Positions 38,426 through 51,404 of a stretch of DNA of 59,061 bases are shown piece by piece. Within the stretch, counting starts at the first letter, position 1; every line of letters begins with the position of its first letter. Position numbers and translations under genes: made by a program. The stretch is from Tubiluchus corallicola (Eukaryota > Animalia > Priapulida): contig JAQGDQ010001153.1 in assembly GCA_030141605.1 (NCBI GenBank), positions 1-59,061 of the forward strand, given 5' to 3'. Under the pieces are notes generated by a model, which worked only from the letters and a program-made list of their open reading frames with translations, was not told the origin of the DNA and made no database searches.

Positions 38426-38545
38426 AATGATTGTCAGCATAACAAACTACATTCCACAGCAGTCTTGTCTTATCTCGCAGGTGAATCAGTCTAGTCTGTA
38501 GCTGGCAAGAGGAGAAACTATCGGTGTTCACACTGCCATTTTTTG
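38426..38545 (-). promoter_or_regulatory. Possible first exon / TSS region of the OMA1 transcription unit
   Basis: AAAATGGC (YY1-like) motif followed about 110 nt later by an ATT|GTAAGC donor. Inference only. Confidence 0.25.
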
Positions 38546-38879
38546 TGCAGTAATATAAGGTATCCCGCATTCATAGTGGTTGACGTGAAATAAGATGTTT
38601 GTGGTTTTTACAGATTGTTAAAGATAAGCAAGAAATATTTGTACGATAAAGTCATTGAAGAAAACAGAAACAGGTAGACTAAATGCAGATGATTTAATTG
38701 GGTGAGAATAATTATCTTTTTTATTATATTGCAAAACACGCACAGTTATAATATAATTAAGTTTTACCGTAAGTATACAGTGCGTTAGAACGAGAGCTTC
38801 CACAGAAAGCATTATCACAAATTTTGACACAGAAAACGTGGTCACAGTTTTTGCTAAGTACGCTATATGATGTATATCT

Positions 38880-40210
38880 ATACTCTCCTGATCTATATCA
38901 ATGACCTACCTCTTGCTACTAATTTTAACACTCGTCTTTTCACTGATGACACAAGTCTCTTCCTCACATCTACTAACTATTCAACTTTACAACATCGCAC
39001 TAACAATGAACTAAAAAGATTGTTGGCTGGATGAAAGCAAATAAATTATCTGTTGATTACACTAAAACTAAGTATATGTTAATCAGTAGGAACCTTTCAC
39101 AACAAGACTCTTTCACTTATGAACTCAAAATTGGCGACATAACTCTAACACAAAGTAGTAGTATAAAATACTTTGGGTTGCATATTGATAATAATATGAA
39201 GTGGTCTACCCGCATTTCCTCTTCAGCAACAAAATTAAACAAAACAGCTGGTATTTTTGCAAAATTAAGACATTTTATTAATTTGCCTGTTTTGAAAATA
39301 ATCTACCATGCATTAGTCTATCCGTACCTCCAATACTGTGTGTTGTCTTGGTGGCAAACAAAAAATACTTAGTACAACCACTATTAACAGTTCAGAATAA
39401 AATAGTTAAATACATGACTTTCGCCAATTACAGAGACCATGCAACACCATCTTACATACACCTTAGTTTATTGAAAATAGAAGATATTTATAATCTTGAA
39501 TTATTTAAATTCATGTATAAGTATAATAACCGGTAGTTGCCTGAATTATATACTAACTACTTTACCTTAGTCAAAGATGGTCACTCTCACTATACTAGGT
39601 CTTCCAGTATGGGACACTATTTTCAAATACGATTTAACACAGCGTATGGCTTAAATACCTTACAGCACAATGGAGTTATTTTGTGGAATAGTGTACCCAA
39701 TACAATCATTTCCTCTCCTTTAAAAATAGCTACCAAACAATATAAGATATTTTTACTTTAAATATTCATTGGCGTAGAAAACCGGAGGTTTTTTCTCTTT
39801 TTTTGTGCACATGTCTTTTTGCACTAAAGTTTTTCTTTTACTAATAGGTATCTTTACGACCTTTGTTACTTTATTAGTAAAAGCTATAAATCAATTTAAA
39901 TGAAATTATTCATTCATCACAGCCTATATCAAAATCGTAATTACATATTATGTTTTCCTTTCTTAATGTTTTCCTTATGTTTCCTTGCTATTATTACATC
40001 ATTTACTTTATTACATCAATTACATTAAGTTATCTACAGAAGCACGCATAGCACGCATAACTATAATAATTTTTTCATTTAAGTAAGGTGAGTATGTTAA
40101 TGACCGTATGGTCGTACACTCACCTCGTACTACTCAAATCATTTTATATGTTGTTTATTAATGTGTACAATATTGTATTTTGATGTGTGAAAATAAATTC
40201 ATAGTTCATA
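38880..40210 (+). mobile_element. 5'-truncated, frameshifted CR1/L2-group LINE (late RT domain to 3' UTR)
   Basis: LLIYINDLP...RLFTDDTSL (FADD motif), WMKANKLSVDYTKTKYM, IKYFGLHIDNNMKW, IYHALVYPYLQYC, LWNSVP; 3' stem-loop GGTGAGT..GACCGTATGGTC..ACTCACC, AATAAA and short tail. Confidence 0.93.
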
Positions 40211-41049
40211 AATTAAGCATCCTTTGATGTGGCCTGCATTGGTGTGGGGACCCATTAATAGCGAGTTAAGTTGTCTTATATAAAAATCTTTGCTGCAGTC
40301 TATGCTGGCTGAAATGGAATTTCAAATGAAGTTTGGATATAAATTCCATCTTTAACTCTAATCCCCACGATTTTTAAAAAATATAAATCAATTGGTAAAA
40401 AAATATACAAAACTGCCGAAATTCAGTTGATACATACCATAACATACATTGCATAAAAGTGCAAAATGTACGCAAAACCTATTAGATTATTATATTTGGC
40501 GATCTAGTACCCTAGTTTTGTTTGCCTATATCTTGTGTTATACCTCTTTGCTAGACCTTTGTAAGTATGTAACTACTTCTCAATAAGGTAACACTAACTG
40601 ATAACGTAACAGATGGACAGGTAATATAACAATATTTAACCAAAAGTGTAAAAATATTCTCATCTGTAACGTTAGCACAAAAACGACGATAATGTAATAA
40701 TTTTTTCCTTGTGCAAAAATGTAACAACAAGAAAATGATAAATGACTTATGTTTTTTTAACTGATACTGCAACAAGAGTTAACTGTTAAACAGTAAAAAA
40801 CTGTTTTTACTGTTAAAACAGTTTTTATCTAGACCACTATGTGGACTTTCCTGGCTTTATAGTCCTTTGTTCTGCCCAGTATGTTTATAATTTTGCTAAA
40901 CTGCTTTAAAAGGCTTTATTTTTAGCATCATTAGTAAGCTACACTTTTTATTGCTGCAGGCAGCAGTATGACAAATATGATGGAGTTTCCATCTTACAGA
41001 CCTTTCATTTTAGCCTATGCGTTACAGGGATGCAGTGTACTCGTTCATA

Positions 41050-41547
41050 CATGGGTTCCCAACCTTGGGGTTGCGAAGCACTTTTCGTGTGGTCATGGGC
41101 TAGTCCAAAAATTATTTTTAAAAATGCTGTTTTCATAAGTAGGTCTTGTTTCTTCAGTCTCTCATTACATCTTTTTGTTCTGGAAAATCAAACTGGGTTT
41201 TCCTGCTCTAAATGCGGTATACCAATTTTTGATTTTCCGGGAAAATGAAAATGCACGTTGTTCTGTACAGTGTACACCACCCGAAAGCGTGTCACTATTC
41301 ATTTTACGTCGGATCTCTTTAGATACCTGTTGCTGTTGCATTACTGATCGTTGAGAAACAGGGGCAACCATCACATTAATGAATTAATGAAATAATCACT
41401 CATTGTTCAATAATTAGTTGAATGGTAAGTTAAAATTAATAAATGCGAACGATAATGATGTGTAGTAGTATAACATGTGATCATGTTCTTCGTGGGGTCG
41501 CGATGTGATGCCGGGGGTCACCGTCAACAAAATGTTGGGAACCACTG
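41050..41547. mobile_element. Old hAT (Charlie-like) MITE
   Basis: Ends CATGGGTTCCCAAC / GTTGGGAACCACTG, subterminal GGGGTCGCG/GGGGTCAC motifs; TSD degraded. Confidence 0.6.
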
Positions 41548-42556
41548 TGTTAGTACCACTAGTGGTAACTGATAGTGTAAAAGACGTATCACTTATGAAA
41601 ACGCCAGATAACATGAAATAATTGTTTTTTGGGTTATTCTCTTGCATTTAGTTTACCATGTTGTTTCGCATGCTCATTTCACACAGAATAGTCTACTGAG
41701 CACTTTGTGTGCAGTATTTGTACCTACTTATTATTTGATGTGTTTTACCCACATAGAACTGTTTTGCAAAATACAGTGCTTTACAAACGTGAAAAAATCT
41801 CTTACACTACTGAAATTATTTTTAATTTTCCTGAGAAGGTGAGAATGCATTTATAACATTAATAAATAATAATAATAATAATATCAATAATACTTTTGTA
41901 CAGGCTAATGTTTCCGAATTCAGGTGCGGCTGGTTAAATTCAACATTATAACCTTATTTACAATCCTCGCCTGTAGATGGCACCACGTGGTTAATGTTCC
42001 AGCATAATGATTGCTGCTAGTAATTCAAAGTGTTTGCTTCACAATAATTATAAAATCAGCCAGGGTACGTGGTCTGTTGTAAGAAATGTTAGAGTTTCAC
42101 CCAAACTAAAACTGTATCATTACAGAAAAGTTTGATTAACTTTGTGTTTGATTATCATCACGGTATTAGCTTTCAACGATTAGCTATTGATAATTAATTT
42201 AACGTTTTTAATTACAAATTACGTTTACAGCCTAAGTAATTGATGCTTAATTTTTGAGTTACCCGCTTGGGAAGTAACTCTGTGAAGCAGTCTATTTCGC
42301 CGTGATGTCGTTCTTATTCTCGTTCTTGTTGTCTTTTAATAACTTTTTGACGAGTTTTTCATTGTGAAGTCGCACGAAAGTTGCTGCCTTTTCTAAATTT
42401 TAACTGCAAAATGGATCATGGCAAAATAAATGGCGTTCTAGATTACATATCCAGGTAAATGTACAGAAAAAATAAATAAGCGAGTAATCCAATGCCTTGC
42501 ATTCCGGACTAGTTTCTAAAAGCAAGGAAACTCTCTTGTCTCATCTCAAGCCACCT

Positions 42557-42875
42557 ATGAACTATGAATTTTATTTTCACACATCAAAATACAATGTTGT
42601 ACACATAAGTAAACAATAAATAAAATGATTTGACTAGTGTGAGGTGAGCGTACGACCATACGGTCATTAACACACTCACCTTACTTAAATGAAAATGAAA
42701 AAATTATTAAAGTTATGCGTGCTTTTGTAGATGACTTAATGTAATTGATGTAATAAAGTAAGTGATGTAATAATAGCAAGGAAACATAAGGAAAACATAA
42801 TATGTAATTACGATTTTGATATAGGCTGCAATGAATGAATAATATCTTTTAAATTGATTTATACCTTTTACTAAA
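42557..42875 (-). mobile_element. Short 3'-UTR copy of the LINE at 38880-40210
   Basis: Reverse complement of about 39870-40210 including stem-loop and tail. Confidence 0.9.
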
Positions 42876-42877
42876 CG

Positions 42878-44066
42878 TCTGCTGTATAAAAAGTTCACCT
42901 ACATGGGTCTGCTGTATAAAAAGTTCACCTACATGGTCTGCTGTATAAAAAGTTCACCTACATGGTCTGCTGTATAAAAAGTTCACCTACATGGTCTGCT
43001 GTATAAAAAGTTCACCTACATGGTCTGCTGTATAAAAAGTTCACCTACATGGTCTGCTGTATAAAAAGTTGGTCTGCTGTATAAAAAATTCACCAACATG
43101 GTCTGCTGTGTAAAAAGTTGGTCTGCTGTATAAAAAGTTCACCTACATGGTCTGCTGTATAAAAAGTTGGTCTGCTGTATAAAAAGTTCACCTACATGGG
43201 TCTGCTGTATAAAAAGTTCACCAACATGGTCTGCTGTATAAAAAGTTCACCAACATGGTCTCCTGTATAAAAAGTTCACCTACATGGTCTGCTGTATAAA
43301 AAGTTCACCAACATGGTCTGCTGTATAAAAAGTTCACCAACATGGTCTGCTGTATAAAAAGTTGGTCTGCTGTATAAAAAGTTCACCTACATGGTCTGCT
43401 GTATAAAAAGTTCACCAACATGGTCTGCTGTATAAAAAGTTCACCAACATGGTCTGCTGTATAAAAAGTTGGTCTGCTGTATAAAAAGTTCACCTACATG
43501 GGTCTGCTGTATAAAAAGTTCGCCAACATGGTCTGCTGTATAAAAAGTTCACCTACATGGGTCTGCTGTATAAAAAGTTCACCTACATGGTCTCCTGTAT
43601 AAAAAGTTGGTCTGCTGTATAAAAAGTTCACCAACATGGTCTGCTGTATAAAAAGTTCACCAACATGGTCTGCTGTATAAAAAGTTCACCAACATGGTCT
43701 GCTGTATAAAAAGTTCACCAACATGGTCTGCTGTATAAAAAGTTCACCTACATGGGTCTGCTGTATAAAAAGTTCACCTACATGGTCTCCTGTATAAAAA
43801 GTTGGTCTGCTGTATAAAAAGTTCACCTACATGGTCTCCTGTATAAAAAGTTGGTCTGCTGTATAAAAAGTTCACCAACATGGTCTGCTGTATAAAAAGT
43901 TCACCAACATGGTCTGCTGTATAAAAAGTTCACCAACATGGTCTGCTGTATAAAAAGTTCGCCAACATGGTCTGCTGTATAAAAAGTTGGTCTGCTGTAT
44001 AAAAAGTTCACCTACATGGTCTGCTGTATAAAAAGTTCACCTACATGGTCTGCTGTATAAAAAGTT
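42878..44066. repeat. 29-bp minisatellite with 20- and 30-bp variants, roughly 43 units
   Basis: Unit GGTCTGCTGTATAAAAAGTTCACC(T/A)ACAT; some units lack CACCTACAT. Confidence 0.97.
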
Positions 44067-44978
44067 GATGATATAATATTTTCGTAGTAGAACCATTTCT
44101 ATTCGTATTACATTTTACGCTTTTACAATGACCTACACCTGTTTGGAGTGTTTTTTTTCACGTTTTAATAAAACACTCTTAGCTTGTGTGCATTGCTCGT
44201 AGCTTTGGGGCATTTTTCTTACCACCATGAAGTGCTCTATTATTGCCGACACTATTAACGTTGAAGATAAAAGGAAATAGCTTTGGTTTTACTGCCTTCG
44301 GGGTCTTTCCTGCAGTAAAACTGTGCATCGCTTGCTTGTAATTGCTTACATGATAGTTGCCTGCGAGATAAACATTCCGTTTCTCACTGTAGAGTAAGGT
44401 TTACTAGAGACGTGTGAAGTTCTTATTGACATTTGGTTTTGAGGTAGCAGATTTGATAGAAAGGGGGTGGTGGTGGTGGGGGGGGGGGCGTTGCTCGTAG
44501 TTCTTGTATTTCTCGCTCTCGTTACGCCAAAAACAACAATGGCAAAGTCCGTCAAGATCGCAAATGCGTTTGTCTGTTCGATGTGCGAAGATTGCAGTTT
44601 TTGCCATTAGCTTACGTGTAGTATCAGCGCTGTTTCCAATCGGTGAAGAGGCATATGCTTATAATACTTCATCTATCTTTTTAACAGATGTCAGCACGTT
44701 ACAATATATTTATATATATATATATAATACATATATATGTGTTAGGTAGATAGATATAATTTATTGCTACCATCACTCTTTGCAGCAAATGAAACTTTAA
44801 TAGAATTTGGTGTTTTTTAGTGTTGTCGTGAAAGTTTTTCACTTTTTAGCGTCGTCAAAACCACTTGTTATTTGCTAGCGTAGCACAGTGATCTAATCAG
44901 ATCAATTGTGCTCCTGAGATTGTTAGCATAAGTGTACTAACGTAACTTATGCTAATGCATAATATTTTTCTACTCGCC

Positions 44979-45090
44979 AGTAGTAGTGGTGGTGGTGGCG
45001 GCGGTGGCAGCGGCGGCAGCAGCAGCAGCAGTAGCTGTAGTAGTAGTAGTAGCAGTAGTAGTAGTAATAGTAGTAGTAGTAGTAGTAGTA
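44979..45090. repeat. Compound triplet microsatellite (LINE tail)
   Basis: AGT/GGT/GGC/AGC triplets abutting the LINE 3' end. Confidence 0.9.
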
Positions 45091-45455
45091 AAATCTTTAT
45101 TTGCCATTTTAAAAACATTGACCATCATAATAAAAGACAGACAATCAGTGTTAGTTCATATAAAAACATACACTGTTCTGGGCAAATGCGTCTGGTGCAA
45201 GCTAAACTATAAGTGCAACTAGAAATTCAAAAATAAAATATAAACTAGTTTAATAAGGTCTAGGAAAAATGAAATATGATTTGAGTAAGTATCATCGTGT
45301 TCGTATGTCGGATATTCAAAACGAGTCATTGAATGTTTTTTTTTAATTTAGACTTGAATATTGATAAAGAGCTGCTGTGTTTTAGTGATGTCGGTAATGA
45401 ATTCCAAACTTTTATTGCTTGCTTAGTCATGGAATTCTTTCCATATTGATTGTTC
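45091..45455 (-). mobile_element. Second copy of the LINE 3' end at 1540-2020
   Basis: Near-identical to about 1540-1905, and more strongly 5'-truncated. Confidence 0.92.
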
Positions 45456-45605
45456 TGTACAAATCTTGGAAAACTACATCAACAAGAACAGCAACAAATT
45501 GCGTCTTACAGACTGGGTGGCTTTTATTAGCACCCTGGCCAAAAATTACACCTCATCTGCCAGCTTAATGGTTTTAGAGTTAATAGTTGCAGAAAATTTG
45601 GTTTA

Positions 45606-45868
45606 TTTTTGTTGTTCTCCCCATTCGTTCGATCGTTCATTTTGTTGTTCTCTCCATTCGTTCGATCGTTCATTTTGTTGTTCTCCCCATTCATTCGCTT
45701 GTTCATTTTCTTGTTCTCCCCATTCGTTCGATCGTTCATTTTCTTGTTCTCTCCATTCGTTCGCTCGTTCATTTTGTTGTTCTCTCCATTCGTTCGCTCG
45801 TTCATTTTCTTGTTCTCTCCATTCGTTCGCTCGTTCATTTTGTTGTTCTCTCCATTCGTTCGCTCGTT
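45606..45868. repeat. 33-bp minisatellite, ~8 copies
   Basis: Unit ATTTTGTTGTTCTCTCCATTCGTTCGATCGTTC; 11-aa periodicity in the ORF track. Confidence 0.95.
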
Positions 45869-46359
45869 CTTCCCATCAGCTAAACTCTGTTTCTAGGGAA
45901 CATTGATAATAGTGACGCTTTTGTTGTCCATTCAGTGTTGTCTTTATTTTATGCATAATATACTTATAGTATACACATATCTATGTTGATTTTCGGTTCC
46001 CTGCCCCCACCCCCCGAGCGCATTGCGTCACCTCCCCCTCCACTCTTAGCACACATGTTGATACTATGTTTCTGCGCATTTGCAGTCTAGAATCAACAAA
46101 CAGACGCAGTGATTAGTTGTTAGCTGATGTTGGTAGCGAGAAACACTGCGTACCGGCTGCTGCTCGGATGTGCCTCGTCGATCCGTTACGACCAGCTGGA
46201 TTTCGTGGATTGATTGAATCAAATTACCTCTCAAGTTGCGGCTGTTAAAACCAGGTTAAAGGTAAGTTGTTGTCGAAGTTATTGTTATTATGTAACGCCT
46301 GTTGAATCTGTCTTTGTTCAAGATTATTGTTTTATTCTTCAATAAGTTATTGTGCTATA

Positions 46360-47005
46360 GGTTTTACACGTCAAATGTAGACATAGGAAAGTTCAAATGT
46401 GACTTAGGTAAGTCAAATGTAGACATAGGAATTTCGATGAAAAGATAAAACCAAATTCAAATTCAAATAACTTTGAAAAGTGCGTTATTTATCCTCAAAC
46501 GAAATTCTTTGATAAACCATAATGTCGGCAGAAAAGAATAAATCGGTTCCCACTTCCCAATGAACAGTGAATCACTAATTAGTTTTTTAAGTAATGCATT
46601 AGCACTGCGTTAATGAATTAGTTTCTCTCAAGAAACGTAGTTTATTTTAAGAATGTATTGTTTTCTCTAACAGTTCCAATGGTATGTAAAGTTTGCAAAA
46701 TATTAATGAACTATTAGTAGGCCTATAACGTTGTCATTTTAAATTAGGAGCAATTATTAAATTGAAATTAAAGAAGATTAAATTTTACCTCCTTAAACTT
46801 TAACACCTATCCACGTTTGAGATACCAATGTCACATTTGACTTGACATGTGTCTACATTTGACTTACCAAAAACCCTTAAGATTTCTTGAAAACCATTGT
46901 TGACACATTTGAACTACCCAAGTCTACATTTGAGTACCAAGACACATTTGAATTACCTAAATCTACATTTGAGTTAACGCAGGTATATATTTGACATGTA
47001 AAACC
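46360..47005. mobile_element. MITE with GG...CC termini and TA/TATA flanks (superfamily unassigned)
   Basis: TIRs GGTTTTACACGTCAAAT / ATTTGACATGTAAAACC, TATA on both sides; subterminal TCAAATGTAGAC repeats. Confidence 0.8.
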
Positions 47006-47184
47006 TATATAAACGTGTGTGGGTTGTTGAAATGCTAGCGTTTTTAAAAGTTATTGGACTTTCTTGTGTGAGAACTGTTTGCTCTAAAATCAGTGAAAAA
47101 ATCATTAGTCAAAAATTATCACAACTGTTAAGCCGACCGGTGCTAATGAATCAACGTATCAGGCAATGACGTATGAGGTGAAAG

Positions 47185-47458
47185 CAGGGCCTATTTCAGG
47201 GGGGTAAGTGGGGATACTTCCCCGGGGCCTCACCCTCCAGGGGGGCCTCGCGCCGAGGTCACATTTTTTTTGCTTTATGCGAACATTCAATTGTTCTTTC
47301 CTTTAACAACTGTATAATTCCATATTTTCTCTTCGAAAATGCTTCTCCGGCGTTCTGCAGTTCAAAAATTTTCTGGTGTTTGCCCCACCTCCCCCCCCCC
47401 CGAGAGGGCCTCACACGCCCCACTTCCCCGGGCCTCGCTTAGGCTGAAATAGGCCCTG
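47185..47458. mobile_element. hAT MITE
   Basis: Perfect 15-bp TIR CAGGGCCTATTTCAG; TSD GGTGAAAG / GGTGAACG. Confidence 0.9.
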
Positions 47459-47631
47459 GGTGAACGCGAGTACGTGCTAGTATACCTACGAATTTTGATT
47501 TCTTTACTATACTGACGAGTTGACTGTGAGACGATGACGGTGATTACAGAGGTGATGATAGTAACAAAATTAATGTCGACGCTGATCATGTACGTACGAG
47601 AATAAAATTCGTTTTTGCGATTCAGACTTAA

Positions 47632-48091
47632 CACTTTCATAACCGTTGTATCCCGTGGGATACGAGAATATTTTCTGCCTTTAAAATTAATAAAATTTTA
47701 AAACTGACAGTTATTTAATCTGTTAATAGTTATTTTGATTTAAGTCAATAACAATAGACTAAAAATGGTGATAAAATGGCAAACTAGAAAATCTACGTGG
47801 CATAAAAAACTGCGCAAGGTACAGTACTTTAGAGATGACTTTGTACAGATCAGCATACCATGCATACTAAATGTCTTAAATACTTTAAAAAATTATCAGC
47901 AGTTGCAAAATGAAGTACATTTTATGCTTCCACTGAATCCCAATGTATCCCGTGGGATACAGGCTATATTTAGCACGCGGGCACAGGTAGAAAAAAATAA
48001 TTATTACGTGTAAACAAGATGGACATACTGAACAAAAGTACCAAATCAAAAAAAATATTTCTTGTTAAAAAATAATTTGGGACAGAAAGGG
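47632..48091 (-). mobile_element. piggyBac-type MITE, copy 2
   Basis: Reverse complement of 2652-3109 with TTAA flanks. Confidence 0.9.
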
Positions 48092-49030
48092 TTAAAATAG
48101 TTAATATTTCGTCAAAGAGACGGTTGGCATATGTACCTGGGTTCAGTTATTAAAATTCTATTGTAATTCATCCCACAATGATGTATGTATTCAGTGCGTG
48201 ATCAGATAGACCTACCACTGAGTGAACGGCTATTAAGTATTTACTATATAAACTTACAAACGGGTTTTATGAATGGCAAATGTTTCGCTTTTGTGCTTCA
48301 AGTACGTATAATTTCATGCATATGTCAGGCCACATAGACAAGTTATGATACATTTTTAACTCATGATACACCAGTCCATGAGTTAAAAAACGTCTAATTA
48401 ACTCATGGACTGGTGTATCATGTAAATGTGCCATTTGTAAATTCAGTGAACTTATCAATTTTGTTAAGTCGTAATTAAATGCTGAAATGTTGGCAGAAAA
48501 TTTTTTATTGACCTAGGTAGCTTTTTGTGTAAATTTTAGAAAATGTTACTGCTTAAAATTTTTACTCTCTCAATTCTTAACTGTCTCAATTTTTACTGTC
48601 TTCGTGTAGTTTTAATTTTTCTTGTACCAATACCTCTGGTGGCATCCAAAAGATTTAAGAAGTACATATTATTACCATGTTATCGCTCATATAGATTATG
48701 TTTGATATCGGTTTACGAGTTTTTAGCTCATGTTTCAACAAATATGTACTGTTTATATCATACCGATGAGAATAAATATTATCTTGTGTTATATTATCTT
48801 ATCATAAGTTGTTTTTTATTCATTTTGTTTAAGTAAATGATTAATTTTTTGTTGACATGAGAAAAGATCCGATGTTTTTAGAATCATTACGGCCTAGCCT
48901 TGAATATGTGCGCATAGACCTAATGCTGGAAAGAAGAATTTTTTAAGCTTGTGTAATGATATGTTTTAGTGTTTGTTTAATGACTTTTATTTAATTTATA
49001 TGTAAAATGATTGGTTTTAATGATTTTTAA

Positions 49031-49488
49031 CCCTTTCAGTCCCTAATTATTTTTTTAATAAGAAAAATTTTTTGGCTTGGTACTTTTGTTCAGTATGTCC
49101 ATCTTGTTTACACATAATAATTATTTTTTTCTACCTGTGCCCGCGTGCTAAATATAGCCTGTATCCCACGGGATACGTTGGGATTCAATGGAAGCATAAA
49201 ATGTGCCTCATTTTGCAACTGCTGATAATTTTTTAAAGTATCTAAGACATTTAGTATGCATGCTATGCTGATCTGTACAAAGTCGTCTCTAAAGTACTGT
49301 ACCTTGCACAGTTTTTTATGCTATGTAGATTTTCTAGTTTGCCATTTTATCACCATTTTAGTCTATTGTTATTGGCTTAAATCAAAATAAATATTAACAG
49401 ATCAAATAACTGTCAGTTTTGAAATTTGATTAATTTTAAAGGCAGAAAATATTCTCGTATCCCACGGGATGCAACGGGTATGAAAGGG
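49031..49488 (+). mobile_element. piggyBac-type MITE, copy 3
   Basis: TTAA-CCCTTTCA...TGAAAGGG-TTAA. Confidence 0.92.
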
Positions 49489-50486
49489 TTAAGGTGTCTC
49501 ATATCTCTGTCGCTAAAGTGGCTTTTATTTTACTGTACCTGTGCGTACTTTTGTCTTTTAAATTGTTGTAAAATGAAAGGTGACACTAACAATAAACTAA
49601 CTATACTATACTGTAGTAGACTTTCCAAAATTAGATTCAAGGTGAGATGTAACTTAGCATTTCGTTTTTAAGCGTTTTCCTGAGAAAATTTACATTTGAA
49701 AGACAGACTAATTGACACACTAAAACTAAAGTTACAATCTATAACGTCAGTTCAGATTCAGATTCGCTATAAAACAATAACATTTAAACCACTTTTCAAA
49801 TACTGATGCATTTAGCGCAATTAATAACATTTCAGTTGTATTAGGTTGAAGCAAAATGCATTTTACTGTAATGTTGGCTATTTGAATTGCACATTAAGCT
49901 CAGGAAGTTTGTAAAGCATTTCGTATCCTGTATAGTAGACGTGTTTATATGAGACAAAGCTTATTCAAACTACGAGTGATTGTCATAAGCTGTATCAGAA
50001 AAATTCAATCATCCTTATCATCATCATCATCATATGCCTATTACTTTCTGCATTATAGACATTAGGCAGGCAGAATGCTAAAAGAAAACTACCTTAATGC
50101 AGGTAAACGCAGCGGTTAAGCTAGCAATAAACTAGACACTACTATGTCAGCACCACTTCCGAACGAAACTCATTTATGTTAGAATTTGAATAGTGCTTTG
50201 TGTTTTTTCCTTTTTTTCATTTCATCTGCTGCGTGTTAACAAGCCCTCCTCCCAGGTGTCTCCCTCCTCTTGTTATGTGGAACCAACAGGTGTACCTTTG
50301 AAAACGGGTGAGTTGTCGTTTTTGTAGACAGTGGCTGGAAGATAATCTAGTCGTCACAGTAAATTTACTGAATAACGCCTGCACTTTTGCGTCAGTGTAT
50401 GGCACTGGATTCTTTCTATTCTATGTTACAAAAAATTTCTTCCGCTCTTCTCGTTCTAATAATACACGTACATGTATCTCTAACTA

Positions 50487-50833
50487 CAGTCAACCCTCGT
50501 TAAACCGGACTAATTGGGGGGGGGGGGGGCTGGTCCGGTTTAGCCGATTGTCCGATTTATATATATGCTTATATATGGTCTATATTATACAGGAATAATC
50601 ACCTTAATAAGGCCTGTATACATTGCACTATATACTGTGCACTATATACTATACAGTATATTACTTTAAAATAGTGAACCTGAGAGGATAAAGAAATTAT
50701 TGTACAGTTGGTAAGCCGCGTTGTGTTTAGCGCTCGGGCTCGGATGGAAATCGGTCAGTTTCCTTTACCACGGATGACGTCTGTCTTATTGGATATCCGG
50801 GCTAACGGGGTCCGGTTTAACGAGGGTCGACTG
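50487..50833. mobile_element. Tigger/pogo-like MITE
   Basis: TA TSD; 24-bp TIR CAGTC(A/G)ACCCTCGTTAAACCGGAC (23/24). Confidence 0.92.
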
Positions 50834-51404
50834 TAATATTTAAGCTAGTGTAGCATCAAAGACACGTTGTTTCAGTTTTAACCGAGTTTTATGCATAATT
50901 CTTTTAATAGTAATCTTAATATAACGTGACTATGCTCAACAAGTTACTGAACACTTTGTAACCATGATCACAGTTTTTCTTAGTTCTCGCTCCATTTCAT
51001 CTTTCATTCACTACTCCAAAACACTTTTCTGTATATATTATCATTATTTCAATTATTAATCACTTCTTTAAGATTTCCACGTACAATTTGGCCTGTCAAG
51101 CTATGCTTTTAGGCTCAAACTGTATGCATCAAAATTATTCTGCAATGTAATTTGCACATGTATATGCTGCATTTTGTAATTTCTGGATAATACTGCATTT
51201 ATATTTATATTTACTTCAGTGAAATTATCTGTATTTTTATTATAACTATTAGATGCAGAGTGGAAATAAATAAACTAATAACTTAAAAAAAGGGTCCACG
51301 AACATGACATTAAGTTGGAAAAACGTGATGTTACATATTATAGTTACCAATCAATCATATCACTGCTTAGTTCCTGAGATCAACACATCCGTTTTAACCA
51401 CCCA

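Noticed and set aside
42878-44066. CRISPR-like appearance of this array and of the 87-bp and 40-bp arrays
   Set aside because: Intervening sequences are repeated variants, not unique spacers; no cas genes; eukaryotic context.
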